From a virus (Duplodnaviria > Caudoviricetes), in IMG/VR virus record IMGVR_UViG_3300023070_000002, positions 8,465 through 72,464 of that record: a DNA stretch of 64,000 bases; one strand, 5' to 3'. The position numbers and the translations under genes are program-made. Positions 19,772-30,890 of the stretch are shown here, piece after piece. Each line of letters opens with the position of its first letter. Positions within the stretch are counted from its first letter, which is position 1. The notes beneath the pieces are model-generated. The model did no database searches and had not been told where the DNA came from. It saw nothing but the letters and a program-made list of their open reading frames with translations.

Positions 19772-21211
19772 TTATTGCGCTCCAATGCTTTTAAGATAAT
19801 CTGATTCACTCATATTATATTTAGCTGCCCCTTTTTTAATCTGATCGGCAGTAAGTGTTTTGCTGCCTACTTTATATGTTTTTTTATTAGCCGGTGCAGT
19901 GTTTGTTTTCGGGACAATGTCATCTTTCAATCGCCCTCTTTTAACTTCGTTAACACTAGTTTGATCCATGTTTTTTTGTGCGGCCACTCTTCTTGATATG
20001 ACTTGGCCGTTTCTGCCTTCCCAATCGCCGTCATCCCTTCTAATGTAGTATTTATTCCCGTTCTCATCAACAACAGGAGGCACGTCTCCAAATAATTTTT
20101 TATGATTTACGTCTACTTTATTAAAAGGTATGATCATTACTTCTTTTTCTTCATAATGCGGGAATGGGCTTCCGTCGTCTATTTTTACTTTTATTGTTTT
20201 CGGCTCAATAGACTTATTTGTTTCGTAATTACCGAATATATCATAATCACCTAATCCCGGCCTTTCCTGATTTAATGAAGCCCTGTAATTTCTTCCCCCT
20301 TCAGCCATGTTGAACATTTTTTCTCTGAAGGCTTCTTGGCGTTTCATTATGGCATCCTTGTTATCAATCTGTTTTGGCGGTAACTTTATGGTAGGCTGTA
20401 TCAATTCCATTGAGTAAGCTGTAGCATAATCTTCGGGGATAGATGGATCAACACCATATTGAGATTTAAATACGTTGGCCAGTGCAGCCCGTCTAACAGG
20501 GTCTTTTATTTCATTTTGTACCTGACTCCTAAAACTGTAGCTATTTTCAAACTTATCGGCTGCCCGGCTCGCTATAACCTGTTTGCCTTCATCATCAAAA
20601 CCAAGTTCAGTTATTTCGCTCAGTCTTAAGTCATTCCCTTTCAATGGCTCTGTGTACACCTTCGATTTATTCCTTTTTATATCGCCAAAGCCTTTTAGAA
20701 ATGTTTGTTGATTGAATGGTTTTGGCTGAGACAGCCATTTTACGCCATCGAAACTAATGCTCCCGTCTTCATCAACCCCTTTATCATTTAGATGTAGTTC
20801 AGTAATAAAATCATCTGGCACTACCCCGTCCTGTTTTAACCTGTCCTGATAGAGTTTCATTGCCATGTCCTGCTTCGCTGTTCTTTCTTTGCTCTGGTTT
20901 ACATAGCCGCTTACATCACGAAGGATCTTTTCATATTCAAACGCTTCCGGCGTCGTTCCTTTTCGTATCTTATCCTTGTTTAAATTATAGAATGCCTGAA
21001 CATTACTTAACCGTTGGTCGAACCCCTGCCGGTCTACATCTCTTAACCCTTGCGGGTTGATGTTATTGATACGGGCACGGTCATATTGGTCTAACGCATC
21101 CATTTTAGCCTGCCTTTTAGCTAACAGGTTCCCGTACAGGTTTACCGTTGGCGTACTGTCAAATTCTACATTGCCTCCGCTATAAAGCCTTGGATCGTTT
21201 TGGGTTGCCAT
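19772..21211 (-). CDS. internal virion (ejection) protein
   Basis: 479 aa, helical and charged; synteny. Confidence 0.55.
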   Translation of the reverse strand: MATQNDPRLYSGGNVEFDSTPTVNLYGNLLAKRQAKMDALDQYDRARINNINPQGLRDVDRQGFDQRLSNVQAFYNLNKDKIRKGTTPEAFEYEKILRDVSGYVNQSKERTAKQDMAMKLYQDRLKQDGVVPDDFITELHLNDKGVDEDGSISFDGVKWLSQPKPFNQQTFLKGFGDIKRNKSKVYTEPLKGNDLRLSEITELGFDDEGKQVIASRAADKFENSYSFRSQVQNEIKDPVRRAALANVFKSQYGVDPSIPEDYATAYSMELIQPTIKLPPKQIDNKDAIMKRQEAFREKMFNMAEGGRNYRASLNQERPGLGDYDIFGNYETNKSIEPKTIKVKIDDGSPFPHYEEKEVMIIPFNKVDVNHKKLFGDVPPVVDENGNKYYIRRDDGDWEGRNGQVISRRVAAQKNMDQTSVNEVKRGRLKDDIVPKTNTAPANKKTYKVGSKTLTADQIKKGAAKYNMSESDYLKSIGAQ

Positions 21212-21897
21212 TAACCAAGTATTGATTTACGTTTCCTGTTTCTCAATAGCCAATCTGAGGTTATTCCGGATAAGCCATTATTATTTCCACTCGCTGACGT
21301 TTCGGTATTGTTTGAGTTGCTCCCGGCGCCATACTCTTTGTTGAGCATTTGCATATTAGTGTAGTTCTGCAACCCATTGAATATATTAGACAGACCGGCA
21401 TTAACGCCTTGGTTTGCAGCGCCTGCTTTCATAGCTTTCAGGTTATACTTTCTTTCGAAAGGCTGCATTTCATTTATATCGAAGGCTGTACGATCTTCCC
21501 CTGCTTTCATTTGTGTGGCTGTACCCAATTGGTTAAACCTATTATTTCTTTCCTGTTCGGCGGTAGCTTCTGCATTTAGTGTCGCATCACTTGCACCGCG
21601 TAAAATAGAAGATATACCCGCAATGCCGCTACGCCTGTCCTGTAATGCTCCAACACCATTTGCCACCCCTCGGTTGATGTTCCCTATCTGGCGCTTGTAC
21701 ATTGCACTATCGGTTGGAGAAACGTTATAGCGGTCAAGGGATTGATTATAGTAATCCAGAATGCCTTGATTCTTTTTATACAAAGGCGAGTTCATGCCTT
21801 CCAATTCCTTCTGCGCTTTCTTGGCTTTGCCCGCATTAATAATTGACTGAATACCTCCCGCTGCGGCGGTAATTAATGGCAATAAAGGTAACGGCAT
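21211..21897 (-). CDS. DNA pilot/ejection protein
   Basis: Ala/Gly-rich hydrophobic N-terminus (LITAAAGGIQSII) then Q/N-rich helix, as in P22 gp7/T7 gp14 analogues. Confidence 0.6.
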   Translation of the reverse strand: MPLPLLPLITAAAGGIQSIINAGKAKKAQKELEGMNSPLYKKNQGILDYYNQSLDRYNVSPTDSAMYKRQIGNINRGVANGVGALQDRRSGIAGISSILRGASDATLNAEATAEQERNNRFNQLGTATQMKAGEDRTAFDINEMQPFERKYNLKAMKAGAANQGVNAGLSNIFNGLQNYTNMQMLNKEYGAGSNSNNTETSASGNNNGLSGITSDWLLRNRKRKSILG

Positions 21898-21915
21898 TGT
21901 ATACTTTTTATAGGG

Positions 21916-24900
21916 TTAGCGTACATTTAAGGGACTATCAATGTATCGGCAGATTAATTCATTCAAATTTACGAGTTCTGACGCGTTTGTAATTTGAAAT
22001 TTTGCTACGAGCCAATTACCTTTCATAAAATCACCGTTCCATTTTCCGCCTCTTGAATTAACATCTCTTTTCCAGCTAGCGGACGGCATCGCTTCCAGGA
22101 TTTTAAATTCTGCCTCTACAAGGTTTGTTTCCTGACGCTGCGCCCCGTAACTTTTTGTATCAGTGTATGCAATAGGTACCGCCCATATTACATCCGCATC
22201 CTCGGAAATGCTTTGCCACCCCTTTTTGGGCATCCCTTCAGGGTTAAAAACAACGGTAATCGAACAGTCATATTGCTGTCCGAAGAAATTACAATACGGG
22301 GCTAAATCACTTTTCTTCCACAGTTGGCCATTCAGGAACATATATACATTGTCATCTGCGCTCAAAGCCCATTCAGGGTGTTCGTCAAAATCGCCAGTAA
22401 ATCCATTTCTTGTTTCATTAAAACAATAATTCCGGTCGGGCAGTACATTCGTCCCTTGCAGAATAGTATGGGCTTCACTCTCAAAGCTATCCCAATACTT
22501 CATCACTTTGGCAATAAACCCGTTTGGTCTTATTTGAGTGCGGTTATATGGCGTTACATATCCCGATAACGTAAATTGTCCCTTGTATAGTAACCCGAGA
22601 TCATTTAAGCCATCACCCGCAAGTCTCACTTCCCGCCCTGTTATCACATCGTTAAAATAATCGGCATCTGCGCTGCTGCAAAGGTTGGTTGGGTAACCAC
22701 CCAACCCATACATTCCCTGATAATAATTGATATTATTCTGTGTGATAATTACATTGGTTGTTACTAGTTGGTTGTCGCCATCATTATTTTGAATAAACCG
22801 GGAGTATACCCCCCACTGCCCTACACCCCTGTCCTGAAAAGTCCGGAGTATTTTTTCGCGTATTTTAAACCTTCTTATATCGCCATAACTTCTGATTGCT
22901 TCATCATATTCGTCTTCCTGAAAAATATTCAACCGGTTAATATTTGTTCCGGGCTGATACGCGCCCCCCCACCTTACTAAAACACCATTATATTCTGTTT
23001 TCGCATCGGGGTTTATTGGCCATCCGCGCCCATCAGAATTTACTTTACTTAAAAAATAATCACTATAACCAGTGTCCATTACGGTCATGGTCTTGGTTGT
23101 TGTGGCATCAACGTCAAGATAAAATATTCTTGGCTTAAAATAATTATCCCCTTTATAAAAAAGAAATGTTGCCGGTTGTGTGGCATTTTGTTCCTGTAAA
23201 TTACCTCCGTGGTATAACTGACCGCTTCCGGGCTGGTTAGCATTGATCTCAAATGTTTCACCAAATTCAAAAAATACCTGTTCATCCCCGTTTGTTCTTA
23301 GAAGTGGCGAGTATAGTTCAATAAAAGAATTGGCCGTATATGCCGGGAAGGAGGTGCTTGGCTTTTTAACTTTAATAAACCTGCCTAGCGATGCCGGGCT
23401 TGTCATTGTCCTTTGAACCGTTCCCAATACCTCAAAATCAAGTACCGGGGCATATAACGTCCTGTCACCATTGGCGGGATTATAATTTGCAATTACCCGG
23501 ATCCTGTCCCCTTCTTTAAAATCGTAAGAAGGGATAAATCCGGTGTTTTTTGTTTTAAGGTAAGTCAGGTTCTGAATGCAGAAATATAAATAATCTGTAT
23601 CGGTTTGATAATCGTTAGTTACCAACTCAATGTATGAATTAGTTGTTTGATTGGATGTTCTGACCCACTGGAAACGTCTTGCCCAACTTGGCGGCAGGTG
23701 GTTAATACTAGCCATCATGTACGGTATGTACTGATTTGATGGCGGCTCTGACATGGTAGCAAAGTCACGGCTGTTATATCCAAAATTATTCAGTACAGTT
23801 TCCGTATTAACGAAGGAGATAACCCCGTTTGTTTTCCCACGTTCATCAAAATAAATCAATCCCCAACGGTACTGACTTGACCATTTTAAAACTGAGTTTG
23901 GATATGGAACTGTGAAACTGGAAAGGTTAGTATATTCCACATATTGGTCAGGAAATGATCCTGCCGGGTTAGTTGTTACAATAGAAATAGTATTGCCCGT
24001 TCCTGCCTGCGTTGCAGAAACTTCGGTGTTAATCCCAAGTGTAACTAACTCTGCGTTCAATAGCGCCGTAAAGGCTGTTGTTATATCTGAAAGTGTGTCT
24101 GTTAACCCCGGCGTATAGCTAACATCAATTGTGAACACAACGCCGTTATCATACCTAACCCTTAGCTGAATGGTTGTATTACTGGCAGCGCTGCCTCCGA
24201 TAATAACAGTAAGTTCCGTATCGGAAATATTCTCCGCGTTTATAACTAATGCTCCTTCCCCTTCGCCAAGACCTGAATACATATAAACCTCACATTGGGA
24301 TTCAGCAAGGTTTGGATAGCCTTCTGTAATACCCCCATAGATAATTACATTGCCATTTAATACCTCTAAAGTATTTGCCTTATCTGGAAGGTAGCTGTAA
24401 TATAAATCACTTTCTTCTATTGGGATAGTCGTGTAAACGGAATCATTTGTAAACCGGAAGGTAAACGTGCCAAGTGTAAAATCTGAAGCTGGAATAGTGG
24501 TAATAGAAAAATAGTCGCTCCATGTGCTCCCTTGGCATTCCTGTCCCGCTATTTCCACACCTGTAATATCACCAACCGTTGTATTATCGCTTAGTCTTGC
24601 CACCCCTTCAATAATAATAGTGTTATTTTTTGTCGGGTCTGTCAGGTTGGTTTGATTGAATCCGTCGATTGGGAGTGGCATTTTCGACAGAGAAGAAAAT
24701 GCAGACTTTTCAAGATTGGAGAATAAAAACCTGTATGCGAACCTAAACAGTCGTTTGGCTAAATTATTTACATTAAAATTAGCATCATTAGCGTAAATCA
24801 CGGAAAGCGTTTGCATCGGCCAATCTTTCCCGGCATTTAGCATATCTGAAATAAAAGGAGATAATGCTGCTACGGTATCAAGATTAAGATACTTTGGCCG

Positions 24901-25332
24901 GTTATTTCCGTCAGTCCAATATAGTAAATCACCGTCTCCTTGCGTCCTGTATACGAGTGCTGCGGAGTGTACCGGGTAGTTGGGGCTGAAATTTAAAATG
25001 TCTGTGGCGCTGTTTGTCCCGCAAATGAATATCGGGGAAATAAGTTCGGTATTAATTGACAACTGGTAAATACCATTATCGCCGTTGCTATTCCAGTTAA
25101 ACCAAATTATCCGGCGTTTAACGGAATCATAGAACGCGCCGATACACTCATTCTCTCCCCCCGGAAGGCTGGCGTTATTTATTAGATAATTACCGCGAAT
25201 GTTTTGAAATGACAGCCCGTTTGCACCGCCATAAAATCTACCGTTGAGGGCTTGTATATGCTGCGCAGGGAGTATGTCCGGGTTTTGATCGTCCGAATTT
25301 AAAACCCCCGCAAATCTTTTTACAACAACCAC
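21916..25332 (-). CDS. tail muzzle/stabilisation protein (P22 gp10-like)
   Basis: 1138 aa beta-rich; LLYWTDGNNRPKYLN motif; follows ring proteins. Confidence 0.75.
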   Translation of the reverse strand: MVVVKRFAGVLNSDDQNPDILPAQHIQALNGRFYGGANGLSFQNIRGNYLINNASLPGGENECIGAFYDSVKRRIIWFNWNSNGDNGIYQLSINTELISPIFICGTNSATDILNFSPNYPVHSAALVYRTQGDGDLLYWTDGNNRPKYLNLDTVAALSPFISDMLNAGKDWPMQTLSVIYANDANFNVNNLAKRLFRFAYRFLFSNLEKSAFSSLSKMPLPIDGFNQTNLTDPTKNNTIIIEGVARLSDNTTVGDITGVEIAGQECQGSTWSDYFSITTIPASDFTLGTFTFRFTNDSVYTTIPIEESDLYYSYLPDKANTLEVLNGNVIIYGGITEGYPNLAESQCEVYMYSGLGEGEGALVINAENISDTELTVIIGGSAASNTTIQLRVRYDNGVVFTIDVSYTPGLTDTLSDITTAFTALLNAELVTLGINTEVSATQAGTGNTISIVTTNPAGSFPDQYVEYTNLSSFTVPYPNSVLKWSSQYRWGLIYFDERGKTNGVISFVNTETVLNNFGYNSRDFATMSEPPSNQYIPYMMASINHLPPSWARRFQWVRTSNQTTNSYIELVTNDYQTDTDYLYFCIQNLTYLKTKNTGFIPSYDFKEGDRIRVIANYNPANGDRTLYAPVLDFEVLGTVQRTMTSPASLGRFIKVKKPSTSFPAYTANSFIELYSPLLRTNGDEQVFFEFGETFEINANQPGSGQLYHGGNLQEQNATQPATFLFYKGDNYFKPRIFYLDVDATTTKTMTVMDTGYSDYFLSKVNSDGRGWPINPDAKTEYNGVLVRWGGAYQPGTNINRLNIFQEDEYDEAIRSYGDIRRFKIREKILRTFQDRGVGQWGVYSRFIQNNDGDNQLVTTNVIITQNNINYYQGMYGLGGYPTNLCSSADADYFNDVITGREVRLAGDGLNDLGLLYKGQFTLSGYVTPYNRTQIRPNGFIAKVMKYWDSFESEAHTILQGTNVLPDRNYCFNETRNGFTGDFDEHPEWALSADDNVYMFLNGQLWKKSDLAPYCNFFGQQYDCSITVVFNPEGMPKKGWQSISEDADVIWAVPIAYTDTKSYGAQRQETNLVEAEFKILEAMPSASWKRDVNSRGGKWNGDFMKGNWLVAKFQITNASELVNLNELICRYIDSPLNVR

Positions 25333-25341
25333 GTTTAAAAT

Positions 25342-25614
25342 TTATGGCAAATCTGCCGACTCTGTGAAAATTATTTTTGCTTCTGGTATAATTGTATACG
25401 ACTGCCCATTATACACAAATACTCCGACTATATCAGTATTTTTAAACATAACAGAACTACCCACGGTTCTTTCTCCATTGTTAACCCACAACTGATCTAT
25501 TGCCCCAAACAGGAACCCTGTGTCAGGCGGGACTATATTTTGTGTTGAAGATGTGCTACTCCCACTTCCATATATGGAAACGTATCCAGCGGTTAAAAAT
25601 ACAGGTAGAGACAT
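25342..25614 (-). CDS. small structural protein
   Basis: 90 aa in tail module. Confidence 0.5.
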   Translation of the reverse strand: MSLPVFLTAGYVSIYGSGSSTSSTQNIVPPDTGFLFGAIDQLWVNNGERTVGSSVMFKNTDIVGVFVYNGQSYTIIPEAKIIFTESADLP

Positions 25615-26382
25615 TTATGCTTTTACAGTTAATCGGCTGGTTTCTAAATTTTGAATGTATGCCTGATCCAAATAAAAAGGGCGGAATCTTGCTTTGCCTC
25701 TTCGTAAGGCTTCAAAATAATCATGTCTTCTGATTTGCTTATCTCCTAAATTCCCTTTCCTTGAAGATGGCATATTAGCTATGTCCTGCCAAGCCAACCA
25801 GCATATCATTGTCTCCCTGAATTCTACGGGGATATAATATTCACTTCCTTCCGTTGGACTTGCGGTGTACTCCAAAATGCAATTATCCCATAAGAAGTCA
25901 CTGCCCAAGAGTATAACACCGTTATGGTTATCAATTTTAAAGCCACCACCATAACTATAATCCCCGGCAATTCCATAGAAATTATCGCAGCTATCACCGT
26001 TCCAGTAGTTAAAAAAAACAGGTGAACTAAAAGAATAAACGTCCGCGATTTCTGATTGATTTACTTGGGCAATCCTGTTTGGTTGCAAATCTGCAAACGT
26101 AGTAAGTTTTTCGTTATACTTAAGCGGGATTACTTCCCCTGCACCATTTAAGACACCAAATTTATTGTAGTGGATAAAATCTGCGGGTAGTGTAATGGTT
26201 TTGTTCGCATTGATGGGCAATTTTACTGACTTGACTTGGTAAAAAAAATCTATCCCCAACTCTTCCATAAGCGTGAATGCTAAATGAAATAGTTTGAAGT
26301 ATTTGCTTTGCGAAAGTTCTGCCCTGTTTATATAATCATAAATAGCAGAATCTAACGTTATCCATTGCCTGCGCTGCGACAT
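25615..26382 (-). CDS. tail ring/adaptor protein
   Basis: Helical ends with beta core (KSVKLPI..TITLPADF); synteny. Confidence 0.65.
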   Translation of the reverse strand: MSQRRQWITLDSAIYDYINRAELSQSKYFKLFHLAFTLMEELGIDFFYQVKSVKLPINANKTITLPADFIHYNKFGVLNGAGEVIPLKYNEKLTTFADLQPNRIAQVNQSEIADVYSFSSPVFFNYWNGDSCDNFYGIAGDYSYGGGFKIDNHNGVILLGSDFLWDNCILEYTASPTEGSEYYIPVEFRETMICWLAWQDIANMPSSRKGNLGDKQIRRHDYFEALRRGKARFRPFYLDQAYIQNLETSRLTVKA

Positions 26383-26391
26383 TATTAAATA

Positions 26392-26814
26392 TTATTTTTT
26401 CTTAGATTTCTGCACTGACTTATCGCTTTTTGATGGCTTCTCATCGGATGCCAGTTTATGAAGTGTTTCTTCTTCATTATCCGGTGCATCGGAATCGGGC
26501 AGCGCATCAATTGTTTCATCTACCAATTCAATGAGATCGGCATTTTCAACGGTATGCCCGGCTTTATTATCCGTAGAATTGGTATGCTCTGAACTGTTCT
26601 TGGCTGCCATACAAAAACCTTGTGGAAAGTTTTGCAACTCAACTGGCAGGTGCGTAGAAAGACCGACAAAATATTCCATTTGCTCCGAAGTAATTCTTTC
26701 CGTTGGTTCTACTTCTGCGAACCATTTTTCATACTTTGATTTTACGATGCTATCGGGTATCTTGTTTATAAAAACAAGGAGAGAGGCTATGGCATTTGGC
26801 GTTAAAGTGTACAT
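26392..26814 (-). CDS. hypothetical protein with acidic/basic tail
   Basis: 140-aa ORF in structural operon. Confidence 0.5.
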   Translation of the reverse strand: MYTLTPNAIASLLVFINKIPDSIVKSKYEKWFAEVEPTERITSEQMEYFVGLSTHLPVELQNFPQGFCMAAKNSSEHTNSTDNKAGHTVENADLIELVDETIDALPDSDAPDNEEETLHKLASDEKPSKSDKSVQKSKKK

Positions 26815-26833
26815 AATATTTATAATTTAATTT

Positions 26834-27469
26834 TTACGTTGTTTTTACTGCTGGCTGGCCGTCATTCGAAGCATCTACAGGTTGATTTCTTTCCAATAGA
26901 AGTTGTTGTTGAATATAGGACACAACGATTGGCAAACTATCGTCAGGCAGGTTTAATGTACTGTTTAGATTCGTACTGTCACCCCCGCTAATCAATGTTA
27001 CCGTTGCTGTATAATCTGTCATTATGATAGTAGTTATCACAAAACAAAATTCACCTTCCGGGTAAGCCAGCACTTTATTAGGTATGACTCTCATTGACCT
27101 GTAATAGCCAACTTGGTTTTCGCTTAACAGGACAGCGGGATAGCTTATGTTGCTATTACTGTCCTTAAATAATATCCTCGAAATACCTTCTGTGTTTCCT
27201 ATTGATAATGGTATTTGCGGCAATGTAAACTTATATAAAAACTGTTCATCTTTTGTGACAGTAAGTCCTTTAAAGGTTGAATAGAAGCTATTGTTTACAA
27301 AACCTATCCCTTCAAGTTGAATGTTTTCTTTATAGTTGTTTTTGGCGGCCACTGCAATGCCCTGATTAATCCAAAGGTTAATAAGATTGTCGGTTATATC
27401 AGCCTCATCGACAGGGAACCCGCCGTATACCTGCCGCCTCAACATTTCTATAAAAGTCCTTCTGGTCAT
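26834..27469 (-). CDS. tail ring/adaptor protein
   Basis: MTRRTFIEML.. N-terminal helix; LNLPDD..IVVSYI C-terminus; about 210 aa. Confidence 0.6.
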   Translation of the reverse strand: MTRRTFIEMLRRQVYGGFPVDEADITDNLINLWINQGIAVAAKNNYKENIQLEGIGFVNNSFYSTFKGLTVTKDEQFLYKFTLPQIPLSIGNTEGISRILFKDSNSNISYPAVLLSENQVGYYRSMRVIPNKVLAYPEGEFCFVITTIIMTDYTATVTLISGGDSTNLNSTLNLPDDSLPIVVSYIQQQLLLERNQPVDASNDGQPAVKTT

Positions 27470-27483
27470 TCTTTATACTAGTT

Positions 27484-27756
27484 TTATGGATACACGCCAA
27501 ATACCGAACTCAACGCAGTTAACGCGGCTGCAACACTCGCTGGCGCACTTCCGCTTCCAGCTACCCTCAAATCTGCCAACGCACAAGAATACTCGCCAAA
27601 TGTACCTATCTGCACATTTATCGTTGTACCCGCTGAATTAAACGAGTACATAACCGGGAATCCTATGTAACATTGTATTGCTCCTGCAACACCTTCAACT
27701 GTTGTTGTTACCTGAATTTGATTGCCTTGCTTTGTAAAGTCGATTGTAGTTGCCAT
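27484..27756 (-). CDS. small virion decoration-like protein
   Basis: 90 aa beta-rich, ending PASVAAALTALSSVF. Confidence 0.5.
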   Translation of the reverse strand: MATTIDFTKQGNQIQVTTTVEGVAGAIQCYIGFPVMYSFNSAGTTINVQIGTFGEYSCALADLRVAGSGSAPASVAAALTALSSVFGVYP

Positions 27757-28427
27757 TATTGACCATTTTGTTTTTGTTCTTGAGAGAATTGCATTACAGC
27801 GCCTGCGCTCAAATTAACACCGACTAACATCAACGCGCGTGAAATAATGTCGAAAATAGCTACCTCGTCCCAAACCGGCTGCGTACTTGTGGCGGGATTA
27901 TACACCGGGATGCCATTAATATCAAATGTATACCCCCACACCATATCCGGACATTCTTTTACGTAATGTAATCTGGCTGACTGCCTGTTTTGCGGATAAA
28001 AAACAAACCCTGTATCTTCTAAAACGTAAATTGGGTTTGTTGATACTGGATCGATTGTGCTATTGTATATCGAAACAAACTTATGCTGATCTGCATATCT
28101 TATTCGCTGAAAGCCGTATAAACTCCACATTGCATCTGTCTGCAAGTAATTACCGGGATATGGACTATATCCGTTAACATCAACATTTAAATTATACCCG
28201 TAAATAATTGGGGCAAGCCTCTGCCTTACGACTGAATTTTGCCCCAATTCAACTCTGGCCACCGGTCGACCGGGTGTATATTGTTGAAATACCCCTAGAA
28301 GATAAGCGACGTAATTTTTCTGCGCTTGATTTATTGCCGTATGAAAGTCTTCAGGGCTAAGATAGCCTTGTTGTAGGTTTTTAGCTACTACATACAACAT
28401 CGTACGATAGACTTCATCTACGTTCAT
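27756..28427 (-). CDS. tail ring/adaptor protein
   Basis: MNVDEVY..QQGYLSPEDFH.AINQAQ pattern of crAss-like ring proteins. Confidence 0.65.
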   Translation of the reverse strand: MNVDEVYRTMLYVVAKNLQQGYLSPEDFHTAINQAQKNYVAYLLGVFQQYTPGRPVARVELGQNSVVRQRLAPIIYGYNLNVDVNGYSPYPGNYLQTDAMWSLYGFQRIRYADQHKFVSIYNSTIDPVSTNPIYVLEDTGFVFYPQNRQSARLHYVKECPDMVWGYTFDINGIPVYNPATSTQPVWDEVAIFDIISRALMLVGVNLSAGAVMQFSQEQKQNGQ

Positions 28428-28447
28428 CCTTTAGGGTACTTTTATTT

Positions 28448-29341
28448 TTATCCGAAAAACGTTCTCAATTGTTTGCTAAAGTTAGCATTATCTTCCCCAT
28501 GAAGTTGTGCAAACTCAATTAAATATTCTACCGCATCTCTTCCTTCCGGCAACGCGGAAATAAATCCACCGTCAACCCAATATGCTGCACCGGGTTGTTT
28601 ACCTAAATCTATCTTGCCTTCATTGATCCCCCGCCTTACCATGTGGGCTACTTTTACGGTAGGTGACTGAATACTAACAAGAAATTTTTTCGCGTTATTT
28701 TTTGCATAGCGGATATAGGCGTTACGCAATGCGCTTTCATCCAATTCAACGCCCATTTCATCCTGAAATTCGATATTTAAATATTTCGCGTGAGGGATTA
28801 CCTCTGCAATAGGCGTGGTCATTGCGAGTTGCATGGCTTTTATCACATCGTTTTCCTCAGCAATTGCCACTTGATTTAATTCTACTGGATTCCACTCATA
28901 AAAGTAAATATCTTTGGGACGTGCTTGATCCTTATACTTCTTTTGATTTGATTGATTTCGCATTGTTAATTCCGCCGCCTGAAGGTGCATAGGTTTATTT
29001 ATAGGAATAATACAAATCCCTTTATCAAATTCCAAGCACTCAACATTTTTAGCAACGTACTCTTTGGGGAATACGGACGGTGGTTGTTCATCAAACCAAA
29101 TAGTATTTGCCCCTCTAAGCAGTCGCATCCTTCTTTGTCTGCCTGTTTTTGGGTCAATCACATCTTCTTCCACATCTAAAATTACTTTGCCCTGCCTTTT
29201 ATCATTGGACAGTATAAATATTCTATTAACTGCCTTTTTAGAAACAAGAGTTTCAGTTGTTGGCGTAAACACCGATTCTGTTAATTCCGGGGCTTGCAAT
29301 ACTTCTGTATCGCTTATGGTGTCCGGCTGATCTTTTTTCAT
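28448..29341 (-). CDS. conserved virion-module protein downstream of capsid gene
   Basis: 297 aa; synteny only. Confidence 0.5.
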   Translation of the reverse strand: MKKDQPDTISDTEVLQAPELTESVFTPTTETLVSKKAVNRIFILSNDKRQGKVILDVEEDVIDPKTGRQRRMRLLRGANTIWFDEQPPSVFPKEYVAKNVECLEFDKGICIIPINKPMHLQAAELTMRNQSNQKKYKDQARPKDIYFYEWNPVELNQVAIAEENDVIKAMQLAMTTPIAEVIPHAKYLNIEFQDEMGVELDESALRNAYIRYAKNNAKKFLVSIQSPTVKVAHMVRRGINEGKIDLGKQPGAAYWVDGGFISALPEGRDAVEYLIEFAQLHGEDNANFSKQLRTFFG

Positions 29342-29369
29342 TTTATTTTTAATTATTGATTACTAAAAG

Positions 29370-29398
29370 AAGGGAACCGTCTAGTAAACGGTTCCCTT
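29370..29398 (-). terminator. rho-independent terminator after capsid gene
   Basis: AAGGGAACCGT..ACGGTTCCCTT stem then U-rich run on - strand, 7 nt after the stop. Confidence 0.8.
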
Positions 29399-29405
29399 TA
29401 TATAC

Positions 29406-30857
29406 TTATGAACCCGAGACGGTAAAGAACTGAGCCAAGCCCGCAGCCCTAACGGCCTTGTACGTAACCATACTTACAGTGTGATCCAAAGTACCGGTTT
29501 GGTTAACATCTGCGTTTCCGCCATACTCCCAAACTTTTACTCCGTTGGATATTGTACCGCCTCCAAGTGGTTCTTGGTACATTACCTGTACGTTTTTCAG
29601 TCGCCCGGTTACTGGCGCACCGCCGCCGTTACCATACTTCGCTGTTACCTCACCTTGCGGCATGATAATACCAAAGTTTCTGTATTGGTCAACGTCTGGT
29701 GTTTTACCGTGAGTAACCTCTGTATTGAACCCACCATACATCTTCAATTGAAGCATATAGTTGTCAATTTTGAAGCTGTCAAATCCATAAGCTACACTTG
29801 CTTGTTCAGAAGCAGCACCGCTACCCCAAACATACGCGCCCGCTGGGTATTGAGCAAAAAGCGTATCATCAAACTCTTGCCTTTGGAAAATATCCATCAA
29901 CCAAATGTTTTGTTGAGCGTTTCCGTTCACCATCATTTGGGCTGTAATAGCGTGTAGTTTGGAAATACCCAAAGAACCCAAAGAATAGGTTACTGCATTA
30001 CCCCGAGATACTATTTCAGGAACGAGTCCTTTTGTACCCACATCTCCTGCGTTTAATCCAGTATTATTTTGCAGACCGCCAAACAAAAGTTTGAAGTCAA
30101 CATTATTGAGGAAACGACGGTTTGCCAAAACCAAGCCTTTATAAGTAAAGGCTCCCTGCTTACCTCTCTTGATACCGGCTGACATGAACCCGCCATCTTC
30201 CACATAATCGTAGTAGATTTTTTCCATTTCAGAACGATCGGTCGCCTTCCAGTCATCCCGAATAACGGTTGTACTGTTAGTTATTTTTTCGTCGATTGGG
30301 ATTTGCGGGTCAATGTTGGTAGAGGCTTCCCCTGCTTCGGTATTGGACGCCAGTTTAATGATTTCACCCGCCAAAAGATTGGCACTTCCTGCTGACACAA
30401 ATGCTTGTGTTGATTTCAATGGCCGTACGGTCATTGTGTGCGCGTTGGCTACTGTTTTGTTTACAGTAAGCACCTTACCTTCAACGCCATTCGATGCGAG
30501 CCGAACCGTTTCACCTACACGAATAGGGGACTGGGTTCCTGCATTATAGTGATCATTTGTAGAAATCGCTACCGTTACGGTTGCCCCTGCTGCTGGCGCA
30601 ACAACGGCCGTCTTATTAGTAACCGCAGCCATCAATTTACCTAAATCTTCGAAGTGAAAGAAATCCCTTCCTTCTACTTTTTCCATGCCTCCAAAAGTTG
30701 AAAGCCATGTTGTAAAGTCTTGCAGGCCATATTTTGTTACAAACTGACGATAATTGTGAGGTTGTAAGATATTGAGTGCCGATATAAAGTCGTAGTTGGC
30801 TGCTGGTAAACTCACGACATTCGGGGACGCAATATTTGAGGTACTTATTCCGGGCAT
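29406..30857 (-). CDS. major capsid protein
   Basis: 483 aa, G/A/T-rich; after portal and scaffold; own terminator; crAss-like size and order. Confidence 0.8.
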   Translation of the reverse strand: MPGISTSNIASPNVVSLPAANYDFISALNILQPHNYRQFVTKYGLQDFTTWLSTFGGMEKVEGRDFFHFEDLGKLMAAVTNKTAVVAPAAGATVTVAISTNDHYNAGTQSPIRVGETVRLASNGVEGKVLTVNKTVANAHTMTVRPLKSTQAFVSAGSANLLAGEIIKLASNTEAGEASTNIDPQIPIDEKITNSTTVIRDDWKATDRSEMEKIYYDYVEDGGFMSAGIKRGKQGAFTYKGLVLANRRFLNNVDFKLLFGGLQNNTGLNAGDVGTKGLVPEIVSRGNAVTYSLGSLGISKLHAITAQMMVNGNAQQNIWLMDIFQRQEFDDTLFAQYPAGAYVWGSGAASEQASVAYGFDSFKIDNYMLQLKMYGGFNTEVTHGKTPDVDQYRNFGIIMPQGEVTAKYGNGGGAPVTGRLKNVQVMYQEPLGGGTISNGVKVWEYGGNADVNQTGTLDHTVSMVTYKAVRAAGLAQFFTVSGS

Positions 30858-30890
30858 TGTTTGTTCGGATTAAATTGTTTTTAAAAATTG